This document shows, piece by piece, positions 47,761 to 57,700 of a stretch of DNA of 64,000 nt; positions within the stretch are counted from its first letter, which is position 1, and each line of letters starts with the position of its first letter. The DNA comes from Bacteroidales bacterium. GTDB taxonomy: Bacteria > Bacteroidota > Bacteroidia > Bacteroidales > JAEINX01. The notes below the pieces were generated by a model. The model ran no database searches, had not been told where the DNA came from, and worked only from the letters and a program-made list of their open reading frames with translations. The stretch is from the NCBI GenBank assembly GCA_016342645.1, contig JAEINX010000001.1:34582-98581 (forward strand), given 5' to 3'. The position numbers and the translations under genes were made by a program.

Positions 47761-48644
47761 TACCTGTTTTGTACAACTTTGTATTTATTTTTTTCAAGTT
47801 TTACAAAAGTAAAATTAAAACTTTTACAAATAAAATTCAATGAAGATTTTACAGATACTTCTTTTGTAAAATAACCGGTGTAAGTATAATCATCGGGGTT
47901 TTTCAGGTCAGTAATAATTTTTACATTATATTGCCGTTCAAGCTCTTCAAATACATTTGATAATGATTCGGCAGTAAAAATGAATTTATTGTTTTTCCAG
48001 CTGAGGATATTTTCGGCTTTTATATTTTCGACCTTTCCAAGCTTGTTTTTATTATCTAAAATCACAATTTCCCCGGGACTGATAATAAAATCAACATTTG
48101 TTTTTGTACTTGATACTTTTATTTTTCCTGTTTCGCAAAAGACTTTGTAGTCATTATTTCTTGCGTAAATATTAAAACCGGTTCCCAGAACTTCTGTGAC
48201 ACCGTTTTCAGACATGACTTTAAATTTCTTACCTCTTTCTACTTCAAAAAATGCTTCTCCTTCAAATGCAATTTCTCTGTCGAAATTCCACCAATATGGA
48301 TGATATAAAATTGAAGATTCGGCATTCATTTCAACAACTGATCCATCAGGCAAAACCTGACTGATATGTTCACCTTTTTCACACTGTATTTTTGTTGTGA
48401 AAAATTTCAGAAATAAGGACGTTCCAATCAATAGAATCACAATTGCCGCTGCCGAGACTTTGAGCCAAATCATAGAAATAACTTTCGTTTTTGATTTAAC
48501 ATGAGGCCGATCTGATAATTTATCAGAAATAATTCCCCATATTTCATCTTTGTTTTTAGCAAAAGGAATTTCTACCTTTTTTAAAAAGTCATCATGCTCA
48601 GCATTACTTTGATTATAGCTTATATGTTTATCAAGGTTTTCCAT
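47760..48644 (-). CDS. FecR family anti-sigma factor
   Basis: Cytoplasmic N-terminus, a single TM helix (VSAAAIVILLIGTSLFL), and a periplasmic FecR domain followed by a C-terminal DUF4974-like part. Confidence 0.8.
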   Translation of the reverse strand: MENLDKHISYNQSNAEHDDFLKKVEIPFAKNKDEIWGIISDKLSDRPHVKSKTKVISMIWLKVSAAAIVILLIGTSLFLKFFTTKIQCEKGEHISQVLPDGSVVEMNAESSILYHPYWWNFDREIAFEGEAFFEVERGKKFKVMSENGVTEVLGTGFNIYARNNDYKVFCETGKIKVSSTKTNVDFIISPGEIVILDNKNKLGKVENIKAENILSWKNNKFIFTAESLSNVFEELERQYNVKIITDLKNPDDYTYTGYFTKEVSVKSSLNFICKSFNFTFVKLEKNKYKVVQNR

Positions 48645-49130
48645 TTACATTTTCATCATACTTCTTAGCTTCGACAAAGCTGCACTCATTCTTTTTTCAA
48701 CAGCTTTAACACTGATCTGCAATCTTTCGGCGATTTCTTTGTAGGATAAGTCTTCCATACGGCTCATTAAAAACACAACTCTTTGTTTTTCCGGTATTTT
48801 TGCAAGTGAAATTTCATAAGTTTTTAATAATTCAGCTGATTCCATGTGATTATTTGTATCTTCTTCTTTGAAATTAAATTTAATCTCCTTCAAATATTCG
48901 TTTGCAATTTTTTCTCGTCTTAAATGACTTATAAACATATCCCCTGAAATTTTATAAAGCAGGCTTTTTATTTTTCTCGGTTCATAATAAAATTGTTTTT
49001 CCCAGATTTTGATGAATGTTTCCTGAGCAATGTCGGTCGATAATTCTTCGTTTCCCGACCTGTAGAACAAATAGCATCTAATTCCTTCAAAGAACTGATC
49101 ATAAACATACGTAAACTCTCTTTTCGTCAA
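48645..49130 (-). CDS. ECF (sigma-70 family) RNA polymerase sigma factor
   Basis: Region 2 (DIAQETFIKIWEK) and region 4 HTH (LSYKEIAERLQISVKAVEKRMSAAL). The apparent start is TTG, and the stop abuts the FecR start. Confidence 0.8.
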   Translation of the reverse strand: MTKREFTYVYDQFFEGIRCYLFYRSGNEELSTDIAQETFIKIWEKQFYYEPRKIKSLLYKISGDMFISHLRREKIANEYLKEIKFNFKEEDTNNHMESAELLKTYEISLAKIPEKQRVVFLMSRMEDLSYKEIAERLQISVKAVEKRMSAALSKLRSMMKM

Positions 49131-49229
49131 TTGCTTTGTACCGGTTTAATGGTTTTGTGCAGATATTCACCTGTTTTCAAATAAACATCTACACATTTTT
49201 ACATTGATGTTATTCTGCTTTTGTTGTGA

Positions 49230-49817
49230 TTAAGGTTTACCACCTTTATCTCCCCATTTTTTCATACTAAATTCAAAAGTTCCTTCTTCAGTAGTTTTGG
49301 TTGCCCACTCGTCGCATTCTCCATCACCGAAATCAATTGTTGCAACCCATGTATTTTCTTTGTAAAATTCAATTATTCCTGAAACGATGTAATCACATCC
49401 TTCGATTTTTACCAATGGTTCGACAACAACTTTTTTAAATTCCAATTTTTTTCCACCTTTTCCGTCTAATTTGAACTCATGAGTTTCACCGTCAACAGTT
49501 TTGGTTGCAATATTATCGCATTGACCATCGCCAAAATCAATAATTGCTACAACTTCACCGTCCAAACGAAATTCAATTGTTCCTTCAACAATAAATTTGC
49601 AATCATCTAATTTTACCAGGGGTTTAGTAATAACTTTTTCAAAATCACCATTGCCTTTAAGGTTAACATTATCTTCTTGGTTAAAAATAGCGTATTCCAA
49701 TGAGCTGCCTTCATCGTAAGAATTTTTATCGGATGATGAATCTTCTTTGTTGCACGAAGTTAATGCAATCATTAAAGCAAACGCAAACAAACTAAGAACT
49801 TTAATTGTGTTTTTCAT
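49230..49817 (-). CDS. Lipoprotein with two ~65-aa Cys-containing repeats (unknown function)
   Basis: Lipobox LTSC. The repeats are PLVK.(D/E)(D/G)C.(F/Y)IV.G.IEF.......VA.IDFGDG.CD..ATKT..(D/E)(G/E)(E/G)T..F. Confidence 0.65.
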   Translation of the reverse strand: MKNTIKVLSLFAFALMIALTSCNKEDSSSDKNSYDEGSSLEYAIFNQEDNVNLKGNGDFEKVITKPLVKLDDCKFIVEGTIEFRLDGEVVAIIDFGDGQCDNIATKTVDGETHEFKLDGKGGKKLEFKKVVVEPLVKIEGCDYIVSGIIEFYKENTWVATIDFGDGECDEWATKTTEEGTFEFSMKKWGDKGGKP

Positions 49818-50042
49818 TTTACAGATTTTAATTATTAATTCAATATTTATAATACTATACCGTTTGAAACTTTTATTACCCTACTTTTTTTATAGTTTTT
49901 TCAAATGAAATTTCTGTTCCTTTATGTATAATTATTCGTTTTTCGTCTTCAGTTAAACTTTATACTTGCCTGGAATACTTTTTCTTAAAAACCATACAGT
50001 TCTCTATATTTTAAACATTGCATATTTTTGAATACAAACAAA

Positions 50043-50071
50043 AAAAGGGAACCGGAACCGATTCCCCTTTT
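50043..50071 (-). terminator. Rho-independent terminator after the 50091 gene
   Basis: aaaagggaa / ttcccctttt stem with a single bulge, followed by a T-run on the minus strand. Confidence 0.6.
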
Positions 50072-50090
50072 GAATTATGAATTTCTACAA

Positions 50091-53000
50091 TTATTTTATT
50101 GTAATCTTTTCAGTAATTATTTCATTATTTGTTTCAAGTTGAATGAAATAAATTCCTGATTGATAATTTGAAGTATTTATGTTTAAAATAGAATTATTTG
50201 ATTCGTTGTCGAACATAATTTGACCAACTGAATTCAATACCCTAATACGGTTTATAGTATTGTTTGATACTATATTCAGTACATTTGTAGCCGGATTTGG
50301 ATAGATACTTACTTCTGTTAAAGCTGTTTTCTCAGTTCCAATAGTTCCTTTTGTTACATTAACAACACTATATTCGCCATCAATCGCAGGGAATTGTGTT
50401 TTTGTGTAAGCTGTAGGATGTTCATTATCAAAAGTGTAAGTAGCAGAAACTATAGTTTGACTTTGTGCATCCCAAACCTTCATAATGACCTCGTTTCCTG
50501 CCTTGTAACCTTGTCCGTTTGAAATTGTACTAAATATAGGAATACTGTTATCAAGTGCATTTTCTGAAGAAATAAGGCTTGTTCCAACTAATTTGTTAGC
50601 GTCATAAACAGCAATTTCATCACCAATGTTCAAGCCTGAGACATAAATAGTATAAACCGGATCAGCGGCATTACCACCTTCGAAATTAAAATTATTTACA
50701 GCTTCCGGTGTTAATGAAGATAATGTAGCCTTAACAGGAATATTATAAACTAATTCGTCATCTGCAAACATTTTAATTAAATAACCGTCTCCGGGATTAG
50801 CATTACCAATTCCGTTAACCCAATTAGGACCAATTTTTCTAAGCATTTCACCGTTTGAATTTCTGATATAATCCAAATTATCATTTAAAATTCCATCAAA
50901 TGCAAAAAGAGCATCAACTGATTGAGCCGGGAGATAACTTACAAATTGATAACCTGTTTCAAGATTAATAACTGTTAATGGGTTTAATTCAATTCCTTCA
51001 AATTCGAGAGATTCTGCAGCAAACATTTTAAAGAGGAAACCTTCGGTAGAAATCCATTCACCTATTCCGTTTACCCAGTTTGGTCCGATTTTTCTTAAAA
51101 CTTCTCCATTTGAATTTCTTACATATTCAAGATTTTCATTTAAAATATCCTGTAAAACGACAAGCATATCAGGGTTATCAACTTCAATTCTTGATGAAAT
51201 AAATTGATAACCAGTGTTTAATTCAACGACCTGAATTGTTCCGCCTGAGTTAAATCCGAAAAAATCAAGATATTTTGTCATTAGTTCTTCTTTAGTTGCT
51301 TCGCTATCATCTAATCCACCAAATTCAAATGATGCCCCAATAGTTGCATAATCACCTGCATCAAAGGCAACTCCACAACCATAATTAGGTGATTGATTTT
51401 CAAAAATCAATACTGCTGATCCGGTGGGAGAAATATGATCAATCCAACTGTTTTGACCTGAATAATTAAACAACATTCCTTCTGTAAATGATCCGTTTAA
51501 GCCCAGAATAGTTTCAAGATCGGATGAACCATCAGCTTCACCATTAATATTAAACATAGGATGAACAGGTGTTGGATCATCATAATACCATGTGTCGCCA
51601 CCTTCCATATAAAGTTTACCTCCTCCGTTTAGGAAATCAGCAAGGTCTTGTCCTTCGTCATCGGTTAGAACATGATTATCGGAATAAATACCAAGACATA
51701 CAAAGGCTGAAGAATACAGTGATAGATCAGCAGGAATAGATGTTGTATATTCGCAAGCAACATTTAGATTATCAATACAATTCTGAATTACCGGACCTGA
51801 CGTAGGTGTATCATCAAGATCAATAATGATAACCGGAATCTGTCCGATTACAATGTTAAATTCACCTGAAGCAACAATACCAAAGTCGGCTTCTATATCG
51901 AAATCAAAATTAGCGAAATGACCTGTTGGAGTACCGGCATCAGCAGTTATGTTAAATACTTGTTCCTCGATGTTTTCAGGGGTAATATTTCCATAAGATT
52001 GTGGTTCGGAATTAATTGTAACGTAAGGATCTGAAGAAAGAAGTTCACCAATTACATTATAAGCATCAGCCGAACCTGTATTTTTAACAAAAATTGTAAT
52101 ATCTGCTGTTTCGCCCGGATCAATTGTTCCATTACCCGAAATCTCGAAAGTAACAAATTCCAGAATAGGTGCATGAGCTTTAATAACAAATGTTCCTGTC
52201 CATATTTCTGTTCCATCAGTAGCTTCAAAACTAAACATTATATTATGATCATCAGGTACATCATATCCAACACTAATTTCAAAACCGTCAGTAACTGAAA
52301 CAACTTCATCAGGATCAACATCACCGTAATTTTCAGAATTATCGTTTATTGTTGTGTATAAATCAGTTGTTGCAATAGTAACATCAACATTATTTGCAGT
52401 TTCAATACCAACATTTTCTATTGCAATTGTTAATTTCACAGTTTCGCCATATTCAAGCATTCCGTTATTATTTCCGGCCGCATCATTAATTTCGTAAGAA
52501 TCCATAAGAATATATGGGCCGTCAGGAGCAGTAACAACAACTGTTCCTATATGAGGTTGCCTGTTTTGTTTTGTAACAACTATGTCAACTACACCGGGAA
52601 CGGAAATCGGTTCTAATGAAACTATTGCCATTCCTGTTTCATCAGCTATACCACCACCATAAAGAACACCTTCTCTTGAGATTCCAACATAAGCGTAAGG
52701 TTCGGTAGTTACAGTAAAAGTTTCACTATTAAGCATCATAGCCCCCGGATAACTGATTGTCAATTCAGGTGGTTGGGAGTAATAGATCATTAATGAAGGA
52801 TCACCCATTAGACAATAAATTTCCCAGTAATAATCGCCACTTCCTGGAGCACCTTCTGCAACAGCAAGGTTTCCAATAAAAATCATTTGATCCTGAGTTA
52901 TATACCAATCTTCAATAGGTTCACCATGATCATGGAAAGTTCCATCATAAGCACCGAGGGTAGTTTCTTCGTAAGAAGGAGGATCTTCAGATATTTCGCC

Positions 53001-54602
53001 AACACCAACTCCCCAGTAATAATCAGGATCCCACATTGTGCTATTTGACCCGCCAATATATCCAACTGCTCCTTTATTTTCGGCTCTAAGGATTTCTTCG
53101 GCAAAACAGTCAATATCATACTCGCTTGATGAGCAACAATTTCCCACGAGTAAGCCATATTTGCTTTCATTTTGTAGACCTGAAATATCACCAATAGTAA
53201 AAGAAGGATCACCCCAACCGGATGGACTGCAATGGGCAGTATAATTTCCAAATGATACACCATCGCTAACATTTTGAATAATATTGGCAGAATTACTACC
53301 TGATTCGGGATATAGATAAACATGAGCTGTTAGACCGTGAGCAGTATTAAAATAATTTTCTGTTCCATAATTAATTTGACCGTTTCCCCAATCGTATCCG
53401 TGGCTGCCGTCCATACCTGCAACTAATACAACTTCATTTAGGTAAGAAGGATCAGGCATCAAATATTGTTCGTATTCAAGAGTTTTATCAATTTGGGGTT
53501 GTAATTGGCCGGCATTATTTGCCGAAAATCGGCCATAATACATATCTGGTAACATATCGCCTGTGTATTCACAATAATATAAATCGGTAACATGGTAACC
53601 GGTAGTTCCTGAAAAAGCAGGAATTTGTGCAACATCACCAACAAATAATACAAATGCAGGTGGTGGATCATCAGGTGTACCGGCTTGATATAAGCCCTCT
53701 AAATAATTTTTTATTGAGGTTGTGGTTGTTCCAACATTAGGATCGTTAGTATAAGCTTCGATAATTTCAAATCCTTTTTTTGTTTTCCACTCAATGAATG
53801 CTTGGAGTTGTGTCTCAAACATTGGATCGGAAACGATAACATACTTAACCGGAGAATCGGTGATCAGTTCTTTGCTATCAAGGGTTTTGTAATTAAAAAT
53901 TTGACTTTTCAAGCCATTGAAGAAAATATTTGAATTGTTTTTCTTTTTATTAATAGTTTGCGTTACATCAGCTCCTTCAAATAAAACTTCAACATTAATT
54001 TCTTCATAAATTTTTATGGTGTTAGTAACCGGATTATATTGAATCGGAGAAATATTTAATCGAGCAATTCTGACACCTCTCATAATTCCCAAAACATCAA
54101 CACTAACAAGAGTTGTTGGTGCGAAAGAGTTTCTTTGATAAGCTCTTTGATTAATTACTATTTCTGTTTCACCCTCTTCACCTTTGTTAACCTGCGGTTG
54201 AGTTGGAAAAACAATGTTTGTTATTCCCAATTCTTCTAAAGTGTATTCATTTACTTTAAAATCAATCACATTAACACTTGGAGTAGAATTCATTGGAATT
54301 TCTATCAACCTTCTGTTAACAGGTAATTTAGGGAATCCGATTTTCTGTGTATAAGAATATCCTTCAATATTAAATTCAGTAAAATCACCTTTATCGGTTT
54401 TTACCTCAAAGAAATTGATATCAGAAATTGAATTTTCAACTTGCAATTTCAGATAGGTGTTCTCAACCACTTCAATTGCCGTTTTTCCATCATTAAGTTT
54501 TATGTTTTCAGCATAAAGACTAAATGAAGTTAGAAAAAAACAAACAGCCATTAAAATTGCTTGTAATTTTCTCATTTTGTAGATTGTTTTCATTTTTCTC
54601 AT
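50091..54602 (-). CDS. C25 (gingipain-like) cysteine peptidase with Ig-like domains, shared cassette and T9SS CTD
   Basis: Propeptide-like N-terminus (FEVKTDKGDFTEFNIEG..GFPKLPV), then TAHCSPSGW (His) and GNCCSSSEYD (Cys). The cassette and CTD follow (VSIYPNP...YFIQL). The likely true start is MRKLQAIL at 54575. Confidence 0.8.
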   Translation of the reverse strand: MRKMKTIYKMRKLQAILMAVCFFLTSFSLYAENIKLNDGKTAIEVVENTYLKLQVENSISDINFFEVKTDKGDFTEFNIEGYSYTQKIGFPKLPVNRRLIEIPMNSTPSVNVIDFKVNEYTLEELGITNIVFPTQPQVNKGEEGETEIVINQRAYQRNSFAPTTLVSVDVLGIMRGVRIARLNISPIQYNPVTNTIKIYEEINVEVLFEGADVTQTINKKKNNSNIFFNGLKSQIFNYKTLDSKELITDSPVKYVIVSDPMFETQLQAFIEWKTKKGFEIIEAYTNDPNVGTTTTSIKNYLEGLYQAGTPDDPPPAFVLFVGDVAQIPAFSGTTGYHVTDLYYCEYTGDMLPDMYYGRFSANNAGQLQPQIDKTLEYEQYLMPDPSYLNEVVLVAGMDGSHGYDWGNGQINYGTENYFNTAHGLTAHVYLYPESGSNSANIIQNVSDGVSFGNYTAHCSPSGWGDPSFTIGDISGLQNESKYGLLVGNCCSSSEYDIDCFAEEILRAENKGAVGYIGGSNSTMWDPDYYWGVGVGEISEDPPSYEETTLGAYDGTFHDHGEPIEDWYITQDQMIFIGNLAVAEGAPGSGDYYWEIYCLMGDPSLMIYYSQPPELTISYPGAMMLNSETFTVTTEPYAYVGISREGVLYGGGIADETGMAIVSLEPISVPGVVDIVVTKQNRQPHIGTVVVTAPDGPYILMDSYEINDAAGNNNGMLEYGETVKLTIAIENVGIETANNVDVTIATTDLYTTINDNSENYGDVDPDEVVSVTDGFEISVGYDVPDDHNIMFSFEATDGTEIWTGTFVIKAHAPILEFVTFEISGNGTIDPGETADITIFVKNTGSADAYNVIGELLSSDPYVTINSEPQSYGNITPENIEEQVFNITADAGTPTGHFANFDFDIEADFGIVASGEFNIVIGQIPVIIIDLDDTPTSGPVIQNCIDNLNVACEYTTSIPADLSLYSSAFVCLGIYSDNHVLTDDEGQDLADFLNGGGKLYMEGGDTWYYDDPTPVHPMFNINGEADGSSDLETILGLNGSFTEGMLFNYSGQNSWIDHISPTGSAVLIFENQSPNYGCGVAFDAGDYATIGASFEFGGLDDSEATKEELMTKYLDFFGFNSGGTIQVVELNTGYQFISSRIEVDNPDMLVVLQDILNENLEYVRNSNGEVLRKIGPNWVNGIGEWISTEGFLFKMFAAESLEFEGIELNPLTVINLETGYQFVSYLPAQSVDALFAFDGILNDNLDYIRNSNGEMLRKIGPNWVNGIGNANPGDGYLIKMFADDELVYNIPVKATLSSLTPEAVNNFNFEGGNAADPVYTIYVSGLNIGDEIAVYDANKLVGTSLISSENALDNSIPIFSTISNGQGYKAGNEVIMKVWDAQSQTIVSATYTFDNEHPTAYTKTQFPAIDGEYSVVNVTKGTIGTEKTALTEVSIYPNPATNVLNIVSNNTINRIRVLNSVGQIMFDNESNNSILNINTSNYQSGIYFIQLETNNEIITEKITIK
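50349..51236 (-). repeat. Shared C-terminal cassette copy 6 (A+B 50742-51236, GGNAAD domain 50349-50696)
   Basis: YVRNSNGEVLRKIGPNWVNGIGEW and YIRNSNGEMLRKIGPNWVNGIGNA, then FNFEGGNAADPVYTIYVSGLNIGDEIAVY. Confidence 0.85.
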
Positions 54603-54675
54603 TTTTTAATTTAATTGATAATTATTTTATTTTGTTAATTTTAGTTAGATTCTGATATTTAAATAATATTGTAAA

Positions 54676-54713
54676 ATACCGAAACTCTTATGATTAAATA
54701 AAAGTTCCGGTAT
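54676..54713 (-). terminator. Rho-independent terminator after the 54729 gene
   Basis: 11-bp stem ataccgaaact / agttccggtat with 1 mismatch, followed by a T-run on the minus strand. Confidence 0.55.
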
Positions 54714-54728
54714 TTGAAATTTTTTATA

Positions 54729-57700
54729 TTAAATTATCACCATTACTTTTGATTCTGTGAATTTTTCAACAGAACCTTCAATTTCTAATTTGTACTGATA
54801 GATGCCAGGGGTGAAATCCGAGCAATCAATATTAACATTATAAGTTCCTTTTGATTGAACTTGATTGACAGGAATTGAAACTTGTTGTCCGAAAGAATTA
54901 AAAATAGTAAGTTTTACTTTACCTGCTTCACCGAGACCGTATGAAATAGTTGTATTTTTATTCAACGGATTAGGATAGTTATTGCCGAGGAAAGTGTTTG
55001 AAAGTATGTCTTCTTTGATTTTCAAATCAGAAAAATCAAATGTTCCATAGCTGTATTGTCCATCTTCGGTTGGGAAATTAACACCTGTAAAGGCATTATC
55101 GGCAGAAACTAATTCAAAATTAAAATCAGAGATTTCAATATTCTTATCATTATCCCAAACCTTAATTGTAAACGGATAATCAGGATTATAACCCTTACTG
55201 TCATTTAATGTTTCAAAAACAGTTAAAACGTTTTGATATTTATTATTGTCTGATAAGTTTTTACTAATTAAAGCAGAGCCAACGAGTGTTTTGCCATCAA
55301 AAATTCCAATTTCATCGCCAATGTTAAGATAGTTTTCACCATCAGAAATTTCATTTAGATAAATTGACCAGACAGCATCGGCAGCGTTTCCACCTTCAAA
55401 TACAAAGTGAAGTGGAATAGATTTTTCAGTATATGCTAATTTTTTACCTGAAGCAGGATAAATTAAAATATCCTCACTAAACATCTTGATCAAATAACCT
55501 TCACTTGGTTCAACATTCCCGATTCCGTTAACCCAGTTTGGTCCGATTTTTCTTAAAATTTCACCATTTGAGTTTCTTATAAAATCAAGGTTATCACCAA
55601 TTATTTCAGCAAATGCATCCATTGCGTCCATAGCATTTAAAGGTAAATAGCTAACAAACTGATATCCTGAATTGAGGTTTATCGGTGTTTGTGCATTTAA
55701 TTGCTCACCTTCAATAACCAATGTTTCGGAACCGATCATCTTAAATAAATATCCTTCTGTTACTGACCAGTCACCAATTCCGTTTACCCAATTAGGGCCA
55801 ATTTTTCTAAAAACTTCACCATTTGAATTTCTTACGTAATCAAGGTTATCGGTTAAAATGTTTTGAATTACGATTAACATATCATTTTCCAAAGGATCAA
55901 CACTTGAAGAAGCAAATTGATATCCTTCCGTAAGTTCGATTGTTTGGGTTGCGGCTGCACCTTCCTGAACAATAAGGGTAATAGGAATTGTAATCACCGG
56001 TTCGTCGGGATCGTTACTGCTGAGGCATAAATCGGCTGTATAAGTGTTTTCTTCCATGTCAGTTGCATCAAAATCAAGTGAAATTGTTTCCGATTCACCT
56101 GCTGCAATAGTACCGGCAGTTGGTGCTACAGCAAGCCAGCTTACAACATCAATAGTATAATCTTCAACTTCACCATAAGAAGTAGTTCCGCAAGGTTCCG
56201 GTGTGCCATAATATTGTAATCTGATTCTCATCCTTGTACTTCCTCCGGTCGCATCATCGGGAGGAATAATATTTGCGGTATAAACATCAGGGCCACCGTT
56301 AGTGCTTATTGCTTCATTATCGTCAAATTCTTCATTTTGATTCCAGTCAACCCAGATCATACATTCATCACCATTCCATGAGTTTCCATTAGTAATGGTA
56401 ATCGGATATGAGTCGCCTGCATTCATCGTTGTGGAAAGATTAGTGTAATCTCCGTATTCGGTACAATCAGATGAATTATTAATATCACCAACTTCAACAT
56501 TACTAATATATTCGTCGCATCCGCCACTTCCGTCACAATAATCTTTTCCACCTTTATTATCTTTGCTGTCAATGCTGATAGCAATATCATATTCAAGTTC
56601 AAGTTCCCCCTCATTAGTAATGACCAGTGATTCTGAACCTGTAGCATCGGGTTGCAATATCTTGGTAAATGAATTTTGAGAAACAGCGATATTTGGATTT
56701 CCCCATTGAATTGTTTGGGCAGGCCCTAATGATTCTCCTTCATCAAGGAAAGCAGTTACTTTAAATTGATAAATTCCATAATCAGGAAGATTGTCAATGA
56801 AAGTTAAATCAGTAGTAGTTCCAATTTGCTCTCCATCACGATAAACAATGAAATATTGAAAACCTGCAACCATTTCAAATTGCCATTCAAGGTCAACTGC
56901 ACCGGTTTCTTCATTTAAGTCAACAACTAAATCGGTTGGACGTGGAAGGTTATTGGTTTGGTAAGGTGAAACATAAGTCATTGCAGAACCTGATCGATTG
57001 TCAGTCCAGCAAGGATAAACCATTCCTCCATGAGCAGAAATTCCAAGATAATCACCAAAATAACCCCAGGCTAAACCCGAGATGGGAGAAGGTGTAAAAG
57101 ATACATCACTGACTTTAAAATCTTCCCAGGTTTCACCTCCATCAAAAGAGTTTGCTGCAAAAACTTCACATTGATTCGAGCTAACATTTCTGTCGTCATA
57201 GAAAACAACACTTAATGCTCCGCTTTCGGGATCACATGTTATCCATGGGAAATAATGTTCTTTACCTAATCCAGAAGGATCCTGATTAATTTTCACAGGT
57301 GTTGACCATGTGTCTCCACCATTTTCAGAACGAATAATGTAACAATCAATATCGTTGCCGGTATTAATTCCCGGAACTCCGACATTTGCCCACACAACAT
57401 AAACATTGCCTCTGTTTGGGCCATTACTATTATCAACTGCCATTGAAGGAAATGAATTAACCCTCATGTTTTTTGAAGTTTCTGTAGTTCTGATACCTCT
57501 AATATTATTTATTATTTTTGTCGGTGCTGCAAAACTTGCACCTCCATTAGTTGTTTTTGCCATACCAATAGCTTTTTCATCTTGAGGCCATCCATCGTAG
57601 ATTGCAAAAATCACATAAACTTCGCCATCAGGCCCTGTCTGGATATTAACTCCCTGACAATGTCCGTTTGCAATACCCTGACTGACGTTTATTGTACTTG

